64,000 bases of DNA from Thalia democratica (taxonomy: Eukaryota), in contig OZ241830.1 of the NCBI GenBank assembly GCA_965202585.1, positions 70,494,001-70,558,000 on the forward strand, given 5' to 3'. Positions within the stretch are counted from its first letter, which is position 1. Each line of letters starts with the position of its first letter. A program made the translations under genes and the position numbers. The notes beneath the pieces were generated by a model, which saw only the letters and a list, made by a program, of their open reading frames with translations, had not been told where the DNA came from and made no database searches. Positions 53,322-64,000 of the stretch are shown in pieces.

Positions 53322-56199
53322 AAAGATTCCTTTTATTATTGCTTTGTTTTTATTAGCTTTAATGTCTGTTACAAAACAAATTTATATAAAGCAAGCTGAG
53401 CTAGTAAACAGCAAAACTATTTATTTGTTTTATAACTTAAAGCTTAAAAATGTAACTAAAAGCATAATTATTCTTTATTTTTTGTAAAAGGTTAACACTT
53501 TGTTACTTTTATCATACACATATTATAAATAAAGTAAAAAATATCTTATTAAAAAACTAAAGCACAAAAGTATATGCGGTTCTTGGTTTTATTTAAAGCA
53601 GAGTAGCACAGGTTTCATGTAATTTAAAGTTTTTTTACTACTTTTGAACTTAGTCAAATACTTAATTAAACAACGTAAGTAACCACTCAAATGTTAAAGC
53701 ATTTGTTTGTTATAGTGAAAACAAAATGAAATTGTTAATAAAGTTAACAATTAGAATTTAAAAAAGAGATTTTATTATTTCATTATATTCTTTTGGTTAC
53801 AAATTTACGTTTTAGTTATCCTTTTGCATTTTAGTATGTCATAAATATTGCCTTGCTCAATAAATTCATTAATATCAAAAAGTTTTATAAACCTTCAAAC
53901 TCTGCATTCGATAATCTTAATATACATTATCTGTTGAATAAAATTTAATTATGAGACGAACCAAGTTTAAACAAGTGAAAAAAATTGACTAGTCCTTATT
54001 AGGTTTGCAGATATATATTTTGTAGATTTTATCTGTTGGTTAAATTTAGACAAGTTAAATTTTAAATTAGACAAAAAAAGTTACTGTATATTGTGTATAA
54101 TGTCAAAGTATATAAATTAGAGCAAAAAAGAACTTTAAACAAAAAACTTTAAGTAACATCAAGTTAGTAGATAATAATTTCTAGATGAAAATTAAAAGAC
54201 AAAATATTAAGTTTTATATAATTGAATTAAACCATTAAACGTTTAAACTTTATTATAAAAAATTAACTGGTTTTATTATAAGTGATGTTAAAGTATCTTT
54301 TAAAGGCAATACAACATAACATACTTTATTTATAAATCCAATTTTAAAACACTTTTACAATTTAACTGTATTGATATTGTGGGTGTGAAAACTTTTTATA
54401 TGGAAAATTCTTACTTATTTCGAAGTATAAAAACTAATAAGAAAAATCATTAAATTAAAATTTGTGCTGTAATGGCTTTGACATAACCAAATTTTTTAAT
54501 TGTTATATACTTAAAAAACTAAACTTTGCTTAACAAAAACTTATTTTTTTTAAGTAAGTATAATACAATTGAGCATTATTTAACTAAAGGACGAATTAAA
54601 ATATAAAGATAAAATTAATGCATAAATTCAATTTATTTACTTATACTATCAGATTCATTTTTTATACAAATCTTAGTTTTACAAACTGGCTCTTATAAAT
54701 CATAAGGCTGTTTTGAAAAAGTGATTAAATTTGTGATTTTTTCTGGAATATAACTATGCTTTTCTTAATTTATTAAAAACACAAAAGTATAAGTAAATCA
54801 TTTTATCTAATTATGACATAATTTTATAGAATTTTGGTGAATTTATTCAGTATTTAAAAATTAGTAACATAGATTGATCAAATACAATATAGTACAATAA
54901 AAAATGATTAAACAAGCTTTTTACTAAGTAATTAAAACTTTCATTTTGTTATTTTTTAAGATAGGATACAGTGAATAAAAATAGACTAATGTAGGATTTG
55001 AGTGTTGGTATACTCATAAATAACTACCTACTTTATTTGATTGTTACCTTATATATACTAGATGTTACTTTTTACAAACCAGGCAAGACAAATCTATAAT
55101 AAAAAAAACTACCAAACACTATTATAAAATCTCTACTTCAAAAGTATAAGTTACTTATATAAACCAAATGTAAATAAATAAAACAAAAGAACAGTTAAAG
55201 TTTGAGTGAATAATAATTTCAAAAATACTAAATAAAATAAATAAACTGTGAAATTTTTAAAGAGCTTTAAAACAATTAAGTATTAGTTAATAAAAACTCT
55301 TAATTTTTAATTAATACACAAACAAGAATAAATAACATGTAGTACTAAAAAAAGTCTAATAATAACTTTTAGCAATATCTCAATACAAGCTTTATATCTA
55401 ATCATAACACAAATTTATATGTTTGTAATGTTTTTGTACAATTACACGCTTCATTGGTTTAGCTTATTTTATTAAACTCAACATTCAGTATTTAAACAAT
55501 TAAAGTTGTAACATGGAGGAGCACATGAAAGATGCATTCCATTTTTATAATATAAACTAAAACTAAAACCACTTTCAATATATAATATTTAACTTTGTTT
55601 TTAAAAAAAAACTTAACTTCACTCTTATAATCAACTACAATAGTATATCGGTTTAAAAATTTATTTGAAGCTATATAGTAAAATGTTTAAAAAGTATTAC
55701 ACTTTATTAAAATCTAATTACTGCATTAATGACAAAGTAATTTAAACCAATAAAATATTAAAATAAAATCCTACTCTGTCCTGGTAAAGACGTTAAAAGG
55801 TATCCATAAATTGTGCAACCCAATAAGCAAAAGATTTTTTTGTGCATCAGGTCCTAGGACTATATATTTTGAGTGTTTTTATATCGTTTAATAAACTATA
55901 CTGTACTTATACTTATTAAAATATTCTTTTACTATCATAGTTTTGTCATGATACGAAGTGTAATAAATATACATATATTTTACAGTCTTTATAACTACGA
56001 GTTTTTTTCGCATTTTTTGTTTTGACAAACTGCTTCGAAAGTTTAAAAAAAAAACAACAAGTTTTAACTCCCTCTACAAATAATAAATATTTCTGATATT
56101 AAATTTTTTTATCCTAAAAAAATCCTTTTTTTAATATAAAACCAATTAGAATTTACTATTTTTTTATTTCTATTAAAAGTCTAGCAAGTTGTCACCATT

Positions 56200-57050
56200 A
56201 CACAACGTATTGACTTTTGAAACTTCTCAGAAGCTTTTTTCAAACAGTCAAATATTGCACAGCATAAAGTGAGTACCATAACACCTTGTTGAAGATAAAT
56301 GCTGTCTTTATGAAAGTAACACAACTTGACTGAGAAGGGTTCTGAGCATATTAAAAAAGGTGATGCACGGTATTAATTGATTTTTGTATAGCATTTGACA
56401 GTGTTGGCATGAGGATTTTGTTAAACAAGTAAGAGCGATATCGAATAAAAGAAAATTGTTAATATTTAAATAAATACTCGATTGTTAATCAAAACGTATT
56501 TTAGCTTAAACGAAACATTTTGTTAGTTATTGTTTTTGAAACAAGCTTTCATTTTCTAAGACCTATGATGTTTTTAAGACAGACTAACGACTTACAAAGT
56601 TATAATAACCAAAAAAATTTAACTTTGTAGATGATACTATGTGGAACATTTTAAAATGTTACGCATGTTAACAATAAAGTTAAAACCTTATTCAAGACTT
56701 TAAAAAGTCTCAAGCTGGTTTAAAGAAATAGATTTAAATTAAACACAGATAAAGCTAGTGAAATACTATTTTATCTACTTAACTCATTTTCTTAAAAAAT
56801 ATAGGTATTTCAATTGTAAAAAAGGTAAAAAGTAATAACATTTTAGGATTAATAATATATATTAATTTAGATTTGTCAGACCCAATTGAAGTTAATAAAG
56901 ACAGTTGATGTTCTTTTCAAAGCAAGGTTATTTAAAAATTAAATTTCTTTAACTTAATTCTTAATTAACTTTACATAAGTCTTATAAAGTATTGCGTTAG
57001 ATTTGGGATACAACTAAAACAATTATTAGTTATATCAATGTTCTTCTAAA
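56200..57050 (+). mobile_element. Decayed non-LTR retrotransposon (CR1/L2-like) reverse transcriptase fragment
   Basis: Broken frames give IDFCIAFDSVGMRILLNK*ERYRI (56376; cf. DFSKAFDxVxHxILLxKL), FVDDT (56624), WFKE..KLNTDK and ILGLII in the correct order. Confidence 0.8.
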
Positions 57051-58236
57051 CGAAGCAATCATGTACAACCATTATAAAAAGCATAACAACAGTTAACTAA
57101 AAAACACCAGAAAACTACTGAATGTAGAAAAAGTTTATTTAAAACTAGCTGGCAGGGCGTGTCTAGGCTTTTTCAAATAAGAGAGCACATATTTTTTTCT
57201 CATCTATTAGTTTTTTTATAAAGCAAATATAAATTGAATTTTAATTAAAATTTAGTTAAATACTTTAATTTTTACGCTTTAGCATTAGTAGAACATAATG
57301 TGAATTAAGCATATTTCTAAAAATCAAAATTAAAATTTTTTGTTTGGCTCTCCTTTCAATTTTAAATAATGCTTTTTTTTAATCAGAAAAGAATTTAAAA
57401 ATGGTTTTTACTTCTTTATCTAATGTAGACATTATGACTGTACTATCCATGTAATATTTATCAATTTATTAAAGAAATTTAAACCTATTTACAGGTAAAT
57501 GTTAATTACTGTTTTATTAAAAACATTAATAATGTCACACTACTATAGTGTCCTTTAATATTTTTTTTTCTTAGTATTTAAACATTTTATATCAATTATA
57601 GAAAAACTAGTGTATAATATTTATACAAACTTTTAAGTTTGGAAAAAAATTATAAAAACTAAGTTTTTTAAAAGTTAAATATAGAGAAACATAAAAAAAT
57701 CAATAAAACGAAACTTTAAAGAAAATTTTGTAATATCACTTAATAAATTTCGAAAGTTTATTTTTTGTAGTGTTTTCAACTTTTACTGTTTTTTAACTAA
57801 AAGTAATTTTTAACTATGACATTAAACGTTTAAATCAGAGACATTTATTTATAAGAACTCCTTTTAGATATAAATTAAAAAATATTAAAGTAGTAAATAA
57901 GTAAATCTTAACTTATTAAAACAAAAAAATTATAATATATCAGATTAATTATAGCTTGAAATTCAGTTGGCGTGCACAGCTTACTACTGCTATCAAGTGG
58001 GCCAACAAGGGGAGTAGTTCAAGTGTTGTTTTGAAACAAATATGTTAGATTTTTTTTGTCTATAGATTCATGGTTTTTAAAGTTAAAAGTTTTATTAAGA
58101 TGTTCTATTTTTGGGATGTTTCTTAAGAATTCAATTTTTGTTAATACTTTTTAAGCCTCAAGTTACTAAGTGTGATTTAAAAAGTTAATGTCTTACCACA
58201 AAAGTTGCATCAAAAATGAGAATTAATTGTTTAAGG

Positions 58237-58451
58237 CAGGGTTTCCCCACATTATTCTAAAAGGTCCCCTAAAGAGAAATGAAATAAGCTATGGCCCTTT
58301 CCAACGAGAATTCTCAAAAATCTACCGTTAAAAACGCCTAGGATCTTTTTTTTTTCTCTTCCTAATCATTTCCAGAATATTTATGTAGGTTTTAAATTAT
58401 GACCTCATGGCTCCCCCTTTGCTACTTATCGGCATACTTTTAGAAACCCGT
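58237..58451. mobile_element. hAT-type MITE, ~215 bp
   Basis: Termini cagggtttc / gaaacccgt; 8-bp direct repeat gtttaagg at 58229-58236 and 58452-58459. Confidence 0.75.
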
Positions 58452-59040
58452 GTTTAAGGCATCATTTTCAAAAGTAAACGCAACTAAGTGGACGTTTCAC
58501 TAACAAATCAAGAATTAAATTTGTAGCTTATTTGTTTCTAGTTGTCGGTGTTGTTGCTTAAATTCTTTTAAACACAAAAATTTGAGGTTTATTTTAAGTT
58601 TCTTTACGTGAACATCTCAAGTTATCACAAAGATCATACAACTTCGATCATGAGACCACGGGCTTTCGGTAGGCTGAGACCCGGGTATGATAAAACTTTA
58701 TGATCGAACTTTTATGCTACCTTAGTTTTAGTTACATATGCTATCCAACCACATAAGGCGAAACTTAGTAGTCGTGTGATACATTAAGCAAAATTTTAAA
58801 AATTAATTTAAAACTCATTCTAAAACTTACCTAAAGATCAACGAAGTAAAATTTTAAGTTGTTCTAAACTTCAACTTAAGTTAACGTATTAAAAATAACA
58901 CTAGATAGTACCTAAATAGTTAGTTTTTCAAAATTTTACTTTATAAACTCTCAGTAAAACTATACTTATAGAATAATATTAATGACAAATAAAAAAAGAG
59001 AGTTTTTCATTTATTAATTCTAAAAAACACTAAATCAATC

Positions 59041-60351
59041 TTACTGGTCTTCATCAACATCAGTCTTTTCTTCACCAACGTCAGTGTTCTCTTCACCAAC
59101 ATCAGTCTTCTCTTCACCAACATCAGTCTTCTCTTCATCAACATCAGTCTTCTCTTCATCAACATCAGTTTGCTGATCGAGATCTGGCGATCTCATGTAG
59201 TACAGCGAGAAGGGATGCTTCCTGCCCAAAACGTATTCCAGTGAGGTTTGCGAAACCCAGCTGTCGTTGCAGTTGTTCCACTGCCCGCTCGGAGCCTTGC
59301 AGTACGCCCAGTAGTGAAAGCCGCCCATCTGCACGGCGTACAGCTGGTAGAACACGTCGGACCCACAGGCGTCTTCCATGAACGGCCTGAGGTTGATAGT
59401 TTCGGGAAACTCAGCTTCTTTTAGATCGAAAAATTCGTTCCATTGCGGCTTGAAGCTGATTTGCAGCACGTGGGGAGGACTCTCGAACACGGTCTTCTCG
59501 GTGTGCTCCCTTTGCACTTGGCACTTTTCGCACTCGCGCTGCGGGCCGAAGTCCTTCTCCCTGCTCTCTTCGGCGAGGTTTTCCATCACGCTTCCCTTGT
59601 TCAGGTAGACTTGCTGGGTCTTTGGCACGCGGCGCAAATTTCCGCAGCGTTTGCAGCGGTAGATGTCCGCCATCTTGCTGTAGAATATGTCCCTTATGAC
59701 GCTGTTCTTGTTCGCGTCTTCCAGCTTGTTTTCGAGGTGCATGAGCATCTCCTCTCCGTCTCCCATCCTTCCGATGACCATCTTGTTCGACGACGACGTC
59801 GTTTGAAAGAGAGACCTGATGAATTTTCTGCTACGAACCAGAGTGTTGTCCCTGTGACATTCTTCAAGATGCTGGACGTACTCCTTCGTCAGGCAAGTGT
59901 AGCAACATTCCTCGTTTGCTTTCTCTACACAGGGACTTTTTTTTGAGTCATTCTCTGAGTCATTCTCTGATTCATTCTCTAAGTAAATTTCTGAGTAAAT
60001 TTCTGAGTAAATTTCTGAGTAAATTTCTGAGTAAATTTCTGAGTCATTCTCTGAGTCATTCTCTGAGTCTTTCTCTGAGTCATTCTCTGAGTCATTCTCT
60101 GAGTCTTTCTCTGAGTCTTTCTCTGAGTCTTTCGCTGAGTCTCTATCGCAATCAACATCATTCTTACCACACGCCTTCGTTTTACAGTCACAAGTGCAAT
60201 CCCTGAAGTGGTTCAGGAAAGCGGGAGTGTGATTGAGGACCTGCATCGTCGAGTTGGCGAAGCACGTGTTCCCTATGTTGGGAATTCCCGGAAGTTTAGA
60301 GGACCCTTTGAAACTTTCTGGCCATTCTGCTTTGAGGCGGTTGTTGTCCAT
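59041..60351 (-). CDS. Intronless ubiquitin-specific protease (peptidase C19), USP36/USP42/USP17-like catalytic domain with repeat inserts
   Basis: Cys box GIPNIGNTCFANSTMQVL; Zn-finger CKRC...CEKC; FPETINLRPFM; His box YQLYAV...FHYWAYCK...WNNCNDSWV; terminal LYYMR. About 55% GC in the core. Confidence 0.93.
   Translation of the reverse strand: MDNNRLKAEWPESFKGSSKLPGIPNIGNTCFANSTMQVLNHTPAFLNHFRDCTCDCKTKACGKNDVDCDRDSAKDSEKDSEKDSENDSENDSEKDSENDSENDSEIYSEIYSEIYSEIYSEIYLENESENDSENDSKKSPCVEKANEECCYTCLTKEYVQHLEECHRDNTLVRSRKFIRSLFQTTSSSNKMVIGRMGDGEEMLMHLENKLEDANKNSVIRDIFYSKMADIYRCKRCGNLRRVPKTQQVYLNKGSVMENLAEESREKDFGPQRECEKCQVQREHTEKTVFESPPHVLQISFKPQWNEFFDLKEAEFPETINLRPFMEDACGSDVFYQLYAVQMGGFHYWAYCKAPSGQWNNCNDSWVSQTSLEYVLGRKHPFSLYYMRSPDLDQQTDVDEEKTDVDEEKTDVGEEKTDVGEENTDVGEEKTDVDEDQ
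59044..59169 (-). repeat. 21-bp coding repeat (6 x TDV[D/G]EE[K/N]) forming the USP acidic tail
   Basis: aacatcagtcttctcttcacc-type units. Confidence 0.97.
59940..60142 (-). repeat. 12-bp coding minisatellite (~17 units; DSEK/DSEN/YSEI)
   Basis: Plus-strand units gagtcattctct, gagtctttctct, gagtaaatttct. Confidence 0.97.
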
Positions 60352-62114
60352 TTTGTTATAATTAAACTAAAAAGTAGTGGAAAATTTACTTTAATTATGT
60401 GGTTCAGTTGTATAATGTTTAATAAAGTTTTGATGACAAATAACTACAAAAGGAATTCAGTAGTATCATTAAAACCAATGCTTTTCATTAAATTTTAATG
60501 TTATATAAGTTTAGTTCTGAAGGCATTCAATTAATGAAACTTTAAACTTGCTATGATTTAGCAATTAATTTAAAGTTTGTACAACTTTATTGTTTTTTAA
60601 AACGTTAAACGTCAATATTTTGAGGCTAATTGAAATATACTTTTATGCCACGGGTCAAAAAATAAAAATCATCACAACCAGACACCTAACAAATTGAATG
60701 TAGTACTTAGGTCAGCTGTAGGTTTTTGAAGTTAATTAAATCTGACTTTTATCGTACAGTAAAAGACCTTTATAATAAAAAAAAATAAAACATAAAATGA
60801 TGTAAGTTATTACCTTTTAAATCGGATTTGTTAATATGCAAACTTTTTGCTTTTTTTTTTGTTTATTTTTACAAACTAGAATTTAACGATGGAGTAACAA
60901 AAGCACTTTGCTTAAAGAAGTATAACTGAATTATAGTTTTTCTTTATCATACAATGAAAAAATAGAGGTTAGATAAAAATAAAACTAAACTATTAGTAGT
61001 ATTTATTTTAGTTATAAATCTTTGACATACAAATTAAAAATAAAAAAAAATAAAAAAACTTTTTTAATAATTCTTTTACTACTTCAAGTTCTTATCCTTA
61101 GAGCGCATTAAAAACTTATCATTTCATTATAACTGCCCGGTTTTAAAGCATAAACACAGCTTTAATTTCACCAAATTGGAATGATTTTTCGTCAAAATGA
61201 AATAATTTCTAGTAAGAGCCAGAAGGTTGAGAAATATTAATTGTAATTAAAGCTTAGATACTTTAAAGAGCTACAAGTATCAGAAAGATATTTTACCTAA
61301 CATAAAATTTTAATTTTTAAGAAAAAGAAATACAAATTGAAACTTATCAAAACTGTCCTATGATTTTGGGTAAATTTAAAAAACTATCCAGATTCTACCT
61401 CAATTCTGATATATCTTCAAAAGTTTTGAATCATCTACAAAAAAACTCATTTAACTTGCATTCCAAACAAATAAGCTTTAATCTTCAAAAATATTTATAT
61501 CACAATAGAAAACTTTTAAATAGCTTAAATAGCTTTAAGTATTAAAGATTTCAATGATTTTTATATAATTTGAAAATGGGAAAAGGTAAAAAAAATTGAA
61601 TAAAAAACTATATGGTAACACTAGATATCAGAGACACCTGGTAGCTTTTAAGAAATTTGGTTAGATTATCAATGAAAACTTTTTGGCTCAGTTAATTATG
61701 AAAAGTTTATAAACAAAAAAAACACTACAAGACTTTACTAATAAAAAGTTGCCACTTTTTGATTGAAAAGACTATCCTGAGTGATCTTAAGCTGTCTTAA
61801 GTCATTCTGATAATTTTTAAGTCCTAAAAAATCCTGAAAATCTTTATAACTTAATAAATAAAGTTTTCAAAATCATTATCAATCAAGCGGTTGAACAAAA
61901 TTAGTTACTAAATACAAATATGTTGAAACTTAAACAACTAAATGTAATTTAAGAATAAGAAAAATGTTAAATAAAACTTTAAAATACCTTAAAACTATGC
62001 AGAGTTTTTATACTTAAACTTGACTAAGTATCCCTAGTTCAAAAAATAACTTTAACTGGGCGGATTAATCCTGAGAATTTAAAAGTTTTAACCAGCCTTG
62101 ACTTATACTAAGTA

Positions 62115-62521
62115 CAAGGTTGCCACTCCATTTTTCAGAAAATATTCCAGGTTTTTTAAAGTACACATTTTTGGGTCTATTTTTAGTTGAAAGTTAAGGT
62201 TAAGATAAGAAACTGTGTTAAGTAGAATAAAAAAAAATTAAAAGATACTGTAAAGCTACTTTAAATGTGTTTTTAAATAAAAAAACTGATGATGACAAAA
62301 ATAATTTATCCATAGGATAGATTTTTTGTGTCAAATTGAAACTTTACTACTTAACATATTAGTATTGTTAAAAATTTTCAGGATTTTTTAGTGATTTTGT
62401 TCAAAATTATAGCTTATTCCAGGTTTTTTTAATTTATTAGACTCCAGGTTTTCTAGGTTTTTATTGTCTAAATTGTCAAATTTCAGGTTTTTTCCAGGTT
62501 TCCAGGTAAATGGCAACCCTG
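62115..62521. mobile_element. MITE with CAGGGTTGCCA-type TIRs and internal ccaggttt repeats
   Basis: caaggttgcca at 62115 and tggcaaccctg at 62511-62521. Flanked by TA on both sides; no 8-bp TSD visible. Confidence 0.75.
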
Positions 62522-64000
62522 TAATTTAGTTTTTGTTTTTAGCTACCCTGTATGCAGTCGTGGTTGAGTTGTTTAACTGGTTAACTTTTTTAGTGACAAT
62601 TGATTTCATAAATTGTCCTGTCCTGAAAAAGTTTTATACAAAAAGTATTTTCCTGGTTGAAACTCCTAATTAGTTCTAAATACTAAAAATAAAAACTTTA
62701 TTATAATTATTAGTTTGAAAAAGCATCTGGGTTGCTTTTTAAAATTTACAATAAATCAGATAACATAACTAATTTGTGGTAAAATATGAGAATGTGAATA
62801 TAAAATTAAAAAAAAAACAATGGATATAAATTTTTATTTATATATTTGAATGTTTGTGCTTTCTGCATTCACATCTTATAGGAAAAAAGTATTAGTTTAT
62901 TCTAATTATTTAAAACTTTTAAAATATAGTTAATAATTTTTGTCCTATAATAACTATAAAAAAATCTCCGAAACCTGCCTTCATTTTAAAAATGTTTTTT
63001 AAAGTTACTTATTCCCTAATTACTAAACAAACTATTATATAATATACCACTTTTAAAAAGATAGTTTAAAGTTACCCTACTAAACTGATTTATAATATGT
63101 TAGAAATGTTCTTTAAAACTCATACAATTATATTTAGAAACTCACAACCTTACATTTCTAAGTCATAAAAATAAACTTTTTATCACCTGTAACTTTACTT
63201 TATGCCTTTTTTTGAATATTTTTAACATTTAACTAATCTTAGTTTTTCTAAATCTGCTTTTTGATAGATTTAAACTACTTAAAAGATATAATATTTTTAT
63301 TATTTATTTTTTCTTTATCTTATCCAACCTGTAATTTTATTTTTAATCAATTTATTGTAAGTTTTGCTGAAGTAAGTGTTCAAAAAGATTACCAAATTTT
63401 TTTTTTTAATCCATGTATTTTGCTCAAGTTATCAAGTTTTATCTTTTTACAGGTTTTCAAGTTATGTGGTCACTCTGCTATAAGCTGTTACTTATAGCTC
63501 TCTTACCTTTTACTGAAATTAACAGAAAATCCTCTGCTGTAATACAGTTTTATACTTAGTATATTTTTGTTTTGAGTTTCTAATTAGTTCTTGTTAGAAA
63601 CTAATTGAAACCCTGAGTAATACTTTACCCTTATAAATATTTTTCATAGAGAAGACCATTTATTAACAAAGTTGTTAGCCTGAAGTTTTACACTTGTTCA
63701 CTAAGTTAAAAAAATATTTTAATAGAGTTTTAATACTTAAAAAAACAAATTGCTTAACATCTAAAAATAAAAGCATAAAGTTAGGCATTATAAGAAGCAT
63801 AAGGTTAGGCATATTTCAACCAATAAGTTTACTAGACTCATATAAGTAGTACCTAGACTCATATTTTTTTATACAGGGACTACTTTTACCCATATCTTGT
63901 TATATTAAAAGAATTTTAGGTTTTGTATTAATCTCTTCTACTTTTATGGTCATAAATGGTTGCAAAACTTAATAATTTCTTAAAACTTTCACTTTTTTTA

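Noticed and set aside
59378-60498. Plus-strand and alternate ORFs over the USP gene
   Set aside because: Shadows of GC-rich codons and the 12-bp repeat.
61100-61950. Possible Penelope-type RT relic (MVTLDIRD at 61612)
   Set aside because: Only one motif-like word; surrounding frames are too broken to support it without a profile search.
1-64000. tRNA, rRNA, CRISPR arrays or prokaryotic operons
   Set aside because: None seen; the short repeats lack unique spacers and the genes are eukaryotic and spliced.

Overview
Very AT-rich (about 20% GC by eye) eukaryotic, metazoan-like genomic DNA with GT-AG introns. Bases 1-41.2 kb are a hierarchical tandem array of a ~12-kb unit: three diverged copies, a partial fourth, a recent 4.9-kb internal duplication, a copy-specific deletion plus inversion, and a hAT-like insertion. 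The unit has no annotated long ORF. It nevertheless carries a cryptic plus-strand reading frame: stop-poor, with synonymous-biased differences between copies and in-frame TAA/TAG shared across copies. This is either a decayed giant gene family or a gene written in a stop-reassigned code. Bases 43-64 kb hold a spliced C-type-lectin-like gene with one in-frame TAG, an inverted repeat carrying two opposed minimal hammerhead-ribozyme motifs, and a two-exon BTB-BACK-Kelch gene. They also hold a LINE RT relic, two MITEs, and a GC-rich intronless USP36/42-like deubiquitinase with repeat inserts. All alignments and counts were done by eye; no database search was run.
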